Of a DNA stretch of 50,656 nucleotides, positions 24,001 to 48,100 are shown one piece after another (position 1 is the first letter of the stretch; each line of letters begins with the position of its first letter). The translations under genes were made by a program, and so were the position numbers. The stretch spans positions 31,963,251 through 32,013,906 of the forward strand of contig NC_069001.1 of NCBI RefSeq assembly GCF_001194135.2, given 5' to 3'. Origin of the DNA: Octopus bimaculoides (lineage: Eukaryota). Below the pieces are notes generated by a model. It searched no databases. It was not told where the DNA came from and was given only the letters and a program-made list of their open reading frames with translations.

Positions 24001-26402
24001 CAAAGTGCGAGGAATATTAATGCAGTATATGGGGATCAGACAATAAGTCTAAGCCAGTGGTTCCAGAAACTACAGCCTAGAAGACGAGCCTCATCCTGGA
24101 GGATCTGTAGAGCTTGATGAGGAAGTCCTACAAACCCTGGTGGAACAAAATTACATCACTGTTGAGGAACTACCAGAGAATCTTGGGTTTGGTTATTCAA
24201 CCATTCATTGACACCTGTGTGTCATTGGAAAAGTCAGCAAATTGGGTCAATGGGTTCCTCAAAAACTTTCTGAGTCTAATCTTGTGCAGAGAGTGAATGT
24301 GTGCTCTTCTTTGCGGTCACATCTCACAAATGGACCTTTTTCACAGGGTTTAGGAAAACTTTAGGACCACTGCAATAAGCTTGCGAATCTGAGAGGGGGA
24401 TATGTTGAATAAAATTATAATTAACTAATCCTCCTGTATTTTCTATTACTCAAAGCAAGGAACTTTTCAGTACATCCTTGTATATTGACTAATGTTGGTC
24501 CTGGATGCACTATGTCTAGGAACAGGCCGTGATGGTCACGGTTGGAACACCTTTGATCAATCAGAGGTATTCTAGGTCTTAGCAGTAGCAAATTGTCGAT
24601 GAAAATATAAATCAACAAGGAAATAGAAACAGCAGCTAAATTTCCATCATATTATGCTCTGTCAGCTTAAAATAGAGACGGCTATACTTAATTTTTATGG
24701 CGTGGGACTGTGAGGATTGGAAAATGAGGGGGTGAACATACTGAGATTGTTTCTAAATATAGACACAAGTAGTCAACGAAAATGGGCAGATGATATCCTG
24801 ATTGGTAGGTACTTTAGCTTATTGAACCCCAAAAGGGTCAATGGATGACCTCAACGTGATTTGATCTCAGCATAAAGAGTCGGAAGAAACAGTGTGAAGC
24901 GTTTTAGCCATGATCATAAACTTCTTTTTAACACTTGTTCGAAACCATGGCGAAGAAGAAAGAATTATCTGGATACAAACAGAATTTTGTTTTCTCGTCA
25001 ATAACTTCCTTTACTTGATGCGGGAAAAGACCTTAATAATTTTTACGAAAATGGGGGAGGGTGTGGGATATTTATTAGTTTGAGAATCACTATTTTAAAT
25101 ACCCCTATAAAATACGAGGGTGGGTTGTCACAATCGGAAGGCTTTTTAATCACAGATCTGTTTCACCAGGGCCAACTTGTGGAGACAAAACAACTTGTAG
25201 ATAAATATAGGAGCGTGTAAGTGTTAAGATCCGGAATGTAAGGAAATTTATGGTTGTTTGCGGCATCGGCCCAAAATTAACTCCATAAAAGTTTGTGGAT
25301 AAAACATAAATAAATAAAACGAATTAAATATCCCGNNNNNNNNNNNNNNNNNNNNNNNNNNNNNNNNNNNNNNNNGGGGGGGGGGGGGGTGAACACTTCA
25401 ACGCTTCGGACACTTGTCTTCCTTCAGGGATGAAAATATAAATAATTATACGAATATATTGGGAGACAGAAAGCAAGTGAGAGGTTAAACTAATGCTGAG
25501 GTTACTAAGAAGCAAATATATTTTGTGATCTTCCCTAAAAAGGACAAGTGTCCGAAACTATGGTACTTGTTCTTCTTTTCATTCCACTCGACAAATGAAC
25601 TGGATGAATTTTGTTTCTATCTAAAATCTTTAATTAAGATATCAGCCAGATTCAGTGAAAAGTTTTTGTGCATATAATTAATATAAATGATAATAGTGAT
25701 CAGGGAAAGAAAGAATTTGGTATTGAAGATGTGATTCTGCTGGTGGAAACAAAACCTGCCTCAGGTTGGCTCTGTTCGAGCAGACATAATCAAAGACGTT
25801 CTAAGCGTGACCATCCCGTATCTTATTTCAACACTGTAAACTAGGACTACTAAGTTATGCTATACATCCTCCTTTTTTTTTTTTTTTTTTTTCAAAATTG
25901 TGGTAGGGAAGTTTTGAAGGAGGCAGATTTAGCTGTTATTTCTAGCAACATGAACAATACATATATATATAGAGAGAGAGAGAGATAATCTCCGCTGTTG
26001 TATAAAACAGACGAGGATTAAACACAGAAAAACGGAAATATATAGCTTGCACATCAACCGAGACATAAACAGAATCAGATACACATATATATACATATAT
26101 AAATCACAAAGTCAAAAGAAAAGTTTACAGAAAAGTATTAACAGTTGCGTTAAGATCATCATCATCATTATATTATTATTATTATTATTATTATTATTAG
26201 ATATTATTAAATTATTTTAAAAATAACTTTTGCATCACGTCGGATTCAAACGAGAACCATTATTTATAAAAGAAATCATATTATTGTTATTATCATTAGT
26301 AGTAGTAGTATTATGTAGTTATTATTTTAGGAAAGTTATTCGTTATTAACCAACCTCTTCGAACTTGAGATCATCAAAATTAATCTCTTCCACGAAGTCC
26401 AT
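18719..26402 (-). CDS. MAP3K7: TGF-beta-activated kinase 1 (TAK1), 5' part of gene: coding exons 1-2; remainder not visible in window
   Basis: Spliced N-terminus [16 protein letters not shown]|[60 protein letters not shown] has kinase subdomains I-IV; [30 protein letters not shown] closely matches TAK1 (human [32 protein letters not shown], from memory). Confidence 0.92.
20085..20250 (-). mobile_element. Probable degenerate non-LTR (RTE-like) 3' end
   Basis: Minus translation [23 protein letters not shown] resembles the RW.D.I..DL C-terminus of RTE elements; short and decayed. Confidence 0.35.
23976..24482 (+). mobile_element. Internally deleted mariner-type transposase remnant with 3' TIR
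   Basis: Frameshifted translation [45 protein letters not shown] (mariner HTH region and WVPHxL motif) joined directly to the C-terminal ..LRGGYVE*; TIR-like end ..AGGAACTTTTCAGTACATCCTTG-TA at 24451-24482. The DDD catalytic domain is absent. Confidence 0.85.
26355..26402 (-). CDS. MAP3K7: MAP3K7/TAK1 first coding exon ([16 protein letters not shown])
   Basis: ATG in context CAAAAAAC-ATG-G; in-frame TGA about 70 nt upstream; donor GTTGGT at 26354; phase 0 joins exon 2; FVEEI.FDDL.FEE matches the TAK1 pre-kinase segment. Too short for the ORF track. Confidence 0.85.
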
Positions 26403-27489
26403 GTTTTTTGTTTGTTTATTTAAAAAATATTGCAGCTCGACTCGAGGATTAATCCAGTGAAATTCAAACAGTCAGACGACATTCAATAAACGTCATTCGA
26501 TATTATTCATAAAATATATACACACACACACACACACAAACATATACATATATATATGTGTATATATATGTATATATATATATGTGTGTACAGATGTAAA
26601 AAGTCGATGATGGGTGCTTTGACACCTTGCAAATAATTCCTTCTTCACAACATTGTCTTTCGTTGTTGTTTACGTAAAGTTTGTTTCGTGGGGATTTTCT
26701 TCTTTACATGTATTTCCTTTTAACAAACTTTGCCGATTTTTCCGTTCAATAAATAAATAAATACCATTAATTGTTATACTTTCTCAACTTGTCACTTTAT
26801 TGCTGGATGAGTGTTTCTTTTTCTTTTTTTCAATAAAAAAAGAAATGTCTTTACATTTTCTTTAGACTTCTTCCAAATTCTACGCTTATTTTCGGCTCAT
26901 TTCGTTCGTGTTTTCTCTTTTCTTCGCTTTTGCTTCTTCTTGTCACTTTTGTCTCTTCGGTTTATACAAGGTTATTTAATTGTCTTACACTGTTTTTTTT
27001 TTTATTATTATTATTTACATATTTGTATGCTTCAACTACATCACAGGTGTATATGCCCATGTATATATACATACATATGTATGCACACATTAAATATACA
27101 TATATAAATATATACACATACTCACACACACACAAATACTTGTTTCGCAGTAAAACGGAAACAAGACTAAAACATTCAATCTCTTGTGTTAGAAAACTGT
27201 TTTCAGTCAAGTCTCCCTTTTTTTGTCTATGGTAGCACAGAAGTGTTTCAATTCAGAGCAAGGCGCCGGACAAAATGCTTAGCAGTATTTTTTCTGGCTT
27301 TATTTCTTTCTGGTTTAAAATTCCACTGAAGTCGATATTATCTCTGTTTGAATTTGGATCATTATTCCAAACTGCTTAAGGCGGCGAGCTGGCAAAATCG
27401 TCACCACGATTGGTGTGACACGGATGGACAGGATGAGGAATGAGGAGGTGCAAAGACAAGCAGGAAAGAAAGAACGAAAATCTAACAAC

Positions 27490-27724
27490 CAAATTGGATA
27501 GACGAATGTTGAGGTGGTTTGGCCACATGGATAGGATGGATGAGGAGCAGATGGTAAGGAGGGTGATGAAGGTAGAAGTGGTAGGCAGCAGAAACAGAGG
27601 CAGACTTCGGTTTGTGTGGATGGATGCAGTGAGGAAAGCTTTGGTAGTTAAAGGTGTTGGAATGAGAGAAGCAAGAGAGTTTATAAATGGTAGGAAAGCT
27701 TGGAGAGTGTTTGTGGACGGATGA
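27490..27724 (+). mobile_element. RTE-clade LINE C-terminal fragment (second subfamily)
   Basis: LDRRMLRWFGHMDRMDEEQMVRRVMKVEVVGSRNRGRLRFVWMDAVRK has the LRWFGHxxRM...RGRP..W signature. Confidence 0.8.
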
Positions 27725-28952
27725 GTGAATTTTGATGTTGCTCAAAGGGGTACAGAACCAGCATGATGCGGCGGGGGTAGACCAGCATATGCTGTCAGGC
27801 CCCGTTGCTGATACTGGGGGTTGCGTTCTATGCCTNNNNNNNNNNNNNNNNNNNNNNNNNNNNNNNNNNNNNNNNNNNNNNNNNNNNNNNNNNNNNNNNN
27901 NNNNNNNNNNNNNNNNNNNNNNNNNNNNNNNNNNNNNNNNNNNNNNNNNNNNNNNNNNNNNNNNNNNNNNNNNNNNNNNNNNNNNNNNNNNNNNNNNNNN
28001 NNNNNNNNNNNNNNNNNNNNNNNNNNNNNNNNNNNNNNNNNNNNNNNNNNNNNNNNNNNNNNNNNNNNNNNNNNNNNNNNNNNNNNNNNNNNNNNNNNNN
28101 NNNNNNNNNNNNNNNNNNNNNNNNNNNNNNNNNNNNNNNNNNNNNNNNNNNNNNNNNNNNNNNNNNNNNNNNNNNNNNNNNNNNNNNNNNNNNNNNNNNN
28201 NNNNNNNNNNNNNNNNNNNNNNNNNNNNNNNNNNNNNNNNNNNNNNNNNNNNNNNNNNNNNNNNNNNNNNNNNNNNNNNNNNNNNNNNNNNNNNNNNNNN
28301 NNNNNNNNNNNNNNNNNNNNNNNNNNNNNNNNNNNNNNNNNNNNNNNNNNNNNNNNNNNNNNNNNNNNNNNNNNNNNNNNNNNNNNNNNNNNNNNNNNNN
28401 NNNNNNNNNNNNNNNNNNNNNNNNNNNNNNNNNNNNNNNNNNNNNNNNNNNNNNNNNNNNNNNNNNNNNNNNNNNNNNNNNNNNNNNNNNNNNNNNNNNN
28501 NNNNNNNNNNNNNNNNNNNNNNNNNNNNNNNNNNNNNNNNNNNNNNNNNNNNNNNNNNNNNNNNNNNNNNNNNNNNNNNNNNNNNNNNNNNNNNNNNNNN
28601 NNNNNNNNNNNNNNNNNNNNNNNNNNNNNNNNNNNNNNNNNNNNNNNNNNNNNNNNNNNNNNNNNNNNNNNNNNNNNNNNNNNNNNNNNNNNNNNNNNNN
28701 NNNNNNNNNNNNNNNNNNNNNNNNNNNNTGTGTGTATATATATATATATATATATAGGACAGGCTTCTTTCAGTTTCTGCCTATCAAATCCACTAACAAG
28801 GCTTTGGTCGGCCTGAGGCTATAGTAGAAGACGACTTGCCCAAGGTGTCACGCAGTGGGACTGAACCAGGAACCATGTGATTGGGAAGCGAGTTTCTTAC
28901 CACACGCAGATATTAAAATTGTTTATACTAATACAGATATGTATATACATGA

Positions 28953-28991
<39 letters not shown>

Positions 28992-30122
28992 TATTTGTCT
29001 GTTTGTCCCACACCACTGCTTGACAACTGGTATTAGTTTCTTTACACTGTCGTAACTTAGCGGTTCAATAAAGAGACCAATAAAAACGAGTACAAGGATC
29101 GACTCGTTCGTCTAAAATCCTTCAAGCCGGTGCCCCAGCATCACTGCAATCTATTAACTGGAACAAGGAAAAAGATAAANNNNNNNNNNNNNNNNNNNNN
29201 NNNNNNNNNNNNNNNNNNNNNNNNNNNNNNNNNNNNNNNNNNNNNNNNNNNNNNNNNNNNNNNNNNNNNNNNNNNNNNNNNNNNNNNNNNNNNNNNNNNN
29301 NNNNNNNNNNNNNNNNNNNNNNNNNNNNNNNNNNNNNNNNNNNNNNNNNNNNNNNNNNNNNNNNNNNNNNNNNNNNNNNNNNNNNNNNNNNNNNNNNNNN
29401 NNNNNNNNNNNNNNNNNNNNNNNNNNNNNNNNNNNNNNNNNNNNNNNNNNNNNNNNNNNNNNNNNNNNNNNNNNNNNNNNNNNNNNNNNNNNNNNNNNNN
29501 NNNNNNNNNNNNNNNNNNNNNNNNNNNNNNNNNNNNNNNNNNNNNNNNNNNNNNNNNNNNNNNNNNNNNNNNNNNNNNNNNNNNNNNNNNNNNNNNNNNN
29601 NNNNNNNNNNNNNNNNNNNNNNNNNNNNNNNNNNNNNNNNNNNNNNNNNNNNNNNNNNNNNNNAAAAACTGCATTAGCCCCTTTTCTTAATGCATTTTTA
29701 AAGAAAATTTGCAAGTGACTGAGATAAGAAGTTTGCTTCCCAATCACATGATTTCTGCTTCAGTCTCATGTCGTGGTACCTTGGGTGTCTTCTACTATAA
29801 CCTCGAAAACTTACTTAATAAAAAAAATATGCTTTATTAAGAAATTCATGAGGAAACAAAATCGGTAAAGAGTGACATCAAACTGTAGTTATACCAAAAA
29901 AAACAAAAACCGCTGGCGAACATGTTCATCACTCTGTTACTCCAGCATAAAGTTTTAATGTACTTTTGATCATCCGTACTAAAGGAATCGTATTGTAAAT
30001 AAATAAAGCTGCTCCAGACATAACTAATGCATCAAACCTCACTGAAGTCTAGTGAAAGTTGAGAACGAGGATTTGTAACGCCATAACTAGTCGTAAACTG
30101 GAACCGGTGAACTTTTAATTTG

Positions 30123-30130
30123 TTTCCCGC
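30123..30130 (+). promoter_or_regulatory. Candidate E2F site (TTTCCCGC) 71 nt upstream of the ANAPC2 ATG
   Basis: Exact match to the TTTSSCGC consensus in a locally CpG-richer stretch; an 8-mer alone is weak evidence. Confidence 0.3.
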
Positions 30131-30200
30131 CGCTTCTTTGTTGTTGTTGGTTTTGTTGTAGTCTCATGGTCGATCGTTGTTTCTTCTTTCTCCTTTCTAA

Positions 30201-43312
<13,112 letters not shown>

Positions 43313-43424
43313 GCTACACCTCCTATCTGTTCTTCTTGTTGTTGTCATCATTGTTTTGTTGCAGTTTACTCCTCCTCCTCCTCCTCCAACTTTTGCCACT
43401 TCGATGACATTTACTATTGTCATG

Positions 43425-43646
43425 TATGAGGGGGTGCTGAAAAGTTCCTGGCTTTGTGTAAAAGAAAATACCGGAGGATCAGTTTATTATGATTTTATTC
43501 AACATACCCTCCTCTCACATTTACACACTTATTGCAGTGGTCTTTCAGTTTTTCTAAGCCCTGTAAAAGAACTCAGAAGGTTGGGCCTCCAACCAGGCCT
43601 TTTGTGATACCCTTAACAGCCAGGAACTTTTCAGCACCCCCTCATA
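43425..43646. mobile_element. Mariner-derived MITE with perfect TIRs and TA target duplication
   Basis: TATGAGGGGGTGCTGAAAAGTTCCTGGCT (43425-43453) is the exact reverse complement of 43618-43646; the interior aligns by eye to the reverse complement of 24340-24482. Confidence 0.92.
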
Positions 43647-43649
43647 ACT

Positions 43650-44240
43650 GAACTTTAACCTTCTTATTGTCACTTTGGTGATCTTTCCTCTTCCTACTGT
43701 CAACTTAAGTCTTTAGCATTTAAACTGGCCATATCCAGCTGAGATATTCTACCTGTGATAAGTATGTAACGACTAGATCTAGCCTCTTGAACCTACCCTA
43801 CAAAGTCATTCTAAAAATATACAACCACATCATTAAAATCTTGAGGCTATGAGATAATGCAGGATTAATTCCAAACAATGTTAATAAATAAGGATTACAT
43901 TTGACAGAGTAATCTGAAGGCTAAGGGAGTAATGGACGCTTATTGTCATATTACTGAACTTTACTCTTCTTAATCTCACCTTGGAGAAGTTTTTTCTTCA
44001 TATTGTCACCTTGGTGATATTTCCTCCCTGTATTCTCACCTTGGTAAAGTTTAATCTCCACTACACTGATATCTTGGTGGAAGTCTACTGTTAAGAACAT
44101 GGTGGAGGTGACCTTCTCTATTGCCACCTCGATGGAGCTTACTCTTCGTATTGCCATCTTGGTGGAAGTCTGCTTCTGTTATCAACTCTTGATAGAGAAT
44201 TACCCTTCTCTATCATCACTTTGGGGAAATTTACATATTG
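43650..44240. repeat. Degenerate about 30-bp minisatellite split by a TTAA MITE
   Basis: Recurring ATTGTCACCTTGGTG(G/A) core on both sides of the 43705-43932 MITE. Confidence 0.6.
43705..43932. mobile_element. TTAA-flanked MITE family 2, uninterrupted degenerate copy
   Basis: TTAA-GTCTTTAGCATTTAAAC start, ATCTGAAGGCTAAGGGAGTAA end; interior matches the 44413 copy. Confidence 0.7.
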
Positions 44241-44412
44241 TCCACTCTACAAATTGGTTGTTGATAGGATGGGCATCCAGCTGTAAAAACTCTGCCAAAA
44301 CAGACACAGTAGCCTGGGGTAGTCGTCTACCTGGCTGGCTCCTGTCAATCATCCTACTCATGCATGCATGAAGTTGGACATTAAACGATGAAGATCGTCT
44401 TCTTAAAGAAAC

Positions 44413-44873
44413 TTAACCATTTAACATTTTATCCAGCCATACTTGAACCAAATATTCTATTTGTTTTATGTTCAAACCAGCCAGATCTTGTCTCTAACAT
44501 CAACCCTATAATGTCATTCTAAAAATAAACATTTCATCATCGTCGTCGTCATCGTTTAACGTCTGCTTTCCATGCTGGCATGGGTTGGACGGTTTGACTG
44601 CGGACTGGCAAGCCAGAAGGCTGTACCAGGCTCCAATCTGATCTGGCAAAGTTTCTACAGCTGGATGTCCTTCTTAACGCCAACAACTCCGAGAGTGTAG
44701 TGGGTGCTTTTTATGACACCAGCATGAGGGCCAGTCAGGCAGCCCTAGCAATGACCACGCTGAAATGGTGCTTTTTACGTGCTACCTGCCACCTGCATCA
44801 TCAAAATCTCAAAGCTATAAGATAATGCAAGATTAACATATTTAATAGAGTTACCTGAATGCTAAAGGGTTAA
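44413..44873. mobile_element. TTAA-flanked MITE family 2, interrupted by an RTE-tail insertion (44542-44795)
   Basis: TTAA-CCATTTAACATT ... AATGCTAAAGGG-TTAA; the insertion is flanked by a duplicated CATCATC (44535-44541 and 44796-44802). Confidence 0.8.
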
Positions 44874-45397
44874 CCTGCATTGCCATTCCCATGGAATTAA
44901 AGTTTCTCTATTGTTGCTTTAGTGGATTCTACACCTTCAACAACAGCATCTTGGGAAGTGGTATTTCTCATTGTTTCTTAAAATTTAATCCTTCCCTGGT
45001 TTCCAGTGGGAGTCTAGACATCTAGTAGCAGCAGCTTGGAGGAGAATCTACTCATCTACTGTCACTCCACTGATGGCATCTTGGTTGATGGATGGAGGAG
45101 TCTTGTCTCTCAGCTCTGTAAATATAATGTAATTTAGACCAACTTTGCATCACTCTTTGTGGTGGTCTTGTTCACCATATTTGTTCTGTAAATTATTAAA
45201 GGAAATATATTTTTTATTTAAGAAACAAACTCCTTAAATTTTCTGCCTGTTTTGTTATTTCTGTTTTTGTTTTGTACAGTTATTGTTTTATATTGAAATC
45301 CTCGTCACCATTTAACATCATAATCTCCATGCTATAGCCCTAGGATGACCTAAGCCTTGTGAGTTGATTTAATCAACAGAAACCGAAAGAATCTCAT

Positions 45398-45453
<56 letters not shown>

Positions 45454-47584
45454 AAAGGAAAAACTACATATATATAAGTGCCAATGCATGATTAGTTTGG
45501 TAAGTGCCAATTCATGAAACTCTTGGACCTTGGGTCACTCTGTTACTTATGTGTCTCCTTGTCCAGCTGTAGGGAAATATTACTCTACTCGGAAACAGGT
45601 GAGGATTGGCAATAGGAAAGGCATCCAGCCATAGAAAATCTATCTCAAATAAATTCCATCTGACTCAGGCAAGCAGGGAAAAGTGGATGTTAAAATGATG
45701 AAACAGCGATGATGATATGTGAACATGTAGAGACACACACACAGAGATCAAGTCAACAAAAGAGCCTTTACAGAGTCCCTTATCAACATTGTTCCTTCTA
45801 TATCCCATGTTCAAATCCTGTTAGTCAACATTACTATTTGTCTCTGTAAAAGTGTAAAGACCCCCTTCGGTCATGAATGACCACGGGATTGCACCTAGAA
45901 AGTTACCCTCTGAGGCACAAGTCCAAGCAAGGTTGTTTATGGAAGACCAGCAGTCGCCCATGCATACCAGCCACCCGTCTCCATGCCATTGATGCTATTC
46001 AAGGGAAAAGCAAAGGCAGATACAATTTGGCATGGCCATGTGGTAAAAAGCTTGCTTTCCTACCACATGGTTCTGAGTAGTCATACCACATGGCACCTTG
46101 GACAAGTGTCTTCTACTATAGCACCAGGCCAACCAAAGCCTTGTCAATGGANNNNNNNNNNNNNNNNNNNNNNNNNNNNNNNNNNNNNNNNNNNNNNNNN
46201 NNNNNNNNNNNNNNNNNNNNNNNNNNNNNNNNNNNNNNNNNNNNNNNNNNNNNNNNNNNNNNNNNNNNNNNNNNNNNNNNNNNNNNNNNNNNNNNNNNNN
46301 NNNNNNNNNNNNNNNNNNNNNNNNNNNNNNNNNNNNNNNNNNNNNNNNNNNNNNNNNNNNNNNNNNNNNNNNNNNNNNNNNNNNNNNNNNNNNNNNNNNN
46401 NNNNNNNNNNNNNNNNNNNNNNNNNNNNNNNNNNNNNNNNNNNNNNNNNNNNNNNNNNNNNNNNNNNNNNNNNNNNNNNNNNNNNNNNNNNNNNNNNNNN
46501 NNNNNNNNNNNNNNNNNNNNNNNNNNNNNNNNNNNNNNNNNNNNNNNNNNNNNNNNNNNNNNNNNNNNNNNNNNNNNNNNNNNNNNNNNNNNNNNNNNNN
46601 NNNNNNNNNNNNNNNNNNNNNNNNNNNNNNNNNNNAGAGAATGGCCATTTTACAAACAAACTGGAATTTAAAGACTTTGCTTATCAGTAGAGAAAAAAAA
46701 AGGAAAAAATTGTACTAACATTGGGAAAAATAAAAGAGATGAAAGAAAATAAAAATAAAAATTCCAGTTCAAAAGATTTTTACATAAAAGAGAAAAAAAA
46801 AGGAACTGAGAAGAAAATACAAAACGAATAACAGTGGTTGTGGTGGAGTGGAATAATGCAGAAAATATATACATTAACATACTTTTCACCTCCCTCTTTA
46901 TACACACACGCATATATATATCTATCCATACACAAACATACATACATATATATATATGCACATACATATATATATATACACACACATATATATATACACA
47001 TATATTTACATACATATATATATATATACACACACATATACATATATGTATATATACACACATATACATACACATAATGAACAGGAGAGAGAAGAGGAAG
47101 AGGTGAAAATAAAGGGCAAAAGATAACTACATATATGTATGCAAAAACAGATAGGTATAGGCAGGGGGAAAGTGGGAGGTAAAGAAAGAAAAAGACATGC
47201 AAACATGATTAAAGAAAGAGGGGAGAGAAAGATGAAAGAAGAATTCTCGTGTGACATAAAAATATTGTTGCATGGAATGGTAAACGTATCTTAAATATTA
47301 CAATATGGTGGGAACTTCAATGGGGGAGGGTCTGTAGCTTCATCTTCTACTTGTCACAGGCATTGGGCTGCAGCCATGCTGGGGCACTGCCTTGATGGGT
47401 TTTGGTTGAACAAATCAACTCTAGTACTTATTTTTTTTTGAAGTCTGGTACTTATTCAATCGGTCTCTTTCACCAAACTGCTAGATTATGGAGACGTAAA
47501 CAAAACAACACCGGTTGTCAAGCACTGATGGGAACTTTTTCTTTTTTCTGTCTTCCTTTTCTCTTAAACTTTCCTCTGTCTCCT

Positions 47585-47619
47585 GTTTCTGAAGAAGAGC
47601 TTTGCTCGAAACGTAAAAC
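47585..47619 (+). ncRNA. Minimal type I hammerhead-ribozyme-like motif (Penelope-like element terminus)
   Basis: GTTT-CTGAAGA-A-GAGC-TTT-GCTC-GAAA-CGT-A-AAAC: stem I GTTT/AAAC, core CUGANGA, 4-bp stem II, GAAA, palindromic ACGT in place of stem III, GUA cleavage triplet. Confidence 0.6.
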
Positions 47620-47705
47620 TACCTTTCTTTCCTTCTCTGAGCATCTTATTAATATTTTGCATGTACCATGTCCTCGTGTTCTTGTTTTTTTTTGGGGGGG
47701 AGGAT

Positions 47706-47737
<32 letters not shown>

Positions 47738-47740
<3 letters not shown>

Positions 47741-48100
47741 GGAGAATTCATAAAAAAAACAAAAGATGAAGACAGGTGGTGTAGACAACAAACAGATGTA
47801 TCAGTACAACCGCTTGAGAAGTGAAAAAGTCTTTAACGTTTCGAGCCTACGCTCTTCCACAGAAAAAAAAACAAGGAGAGAAAATAAAGAATGTGTAGTG
47901 GCTAGCGATCTATCATGGCGGATGCCAGACAGAAGGGTCACACAGGAGAAGGGGAGATAATAAAGTAGTGGTGATCCCAAAACAAAGGTGGGCGTGCATG
48001 TGTATAAGAAAGTTTGTATGTGCATGTGGAAGAGGGCTGGTAACCTTGACGTGTGTGTATGTGTAGGTGTGAAAATGTGGGGCTGGGAAGTGGTCAGTGC
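47738..48100 (-). mobile_element. Penelope-like element terminal fragment with variant hammerhead-like motif (47831-47866)
   Basis: Minus strand TTTT-CTGTGGA-A-GAGC-GTAG-GCTC-GAAA-CGT-T-AAAG; ends on the (TA)14 tract at 47710-47737; a homologous end occurs at 2143-2192. No RT or GIY-YIG coding sequence seen. Right boundary approximate. Confidence 0.5.
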
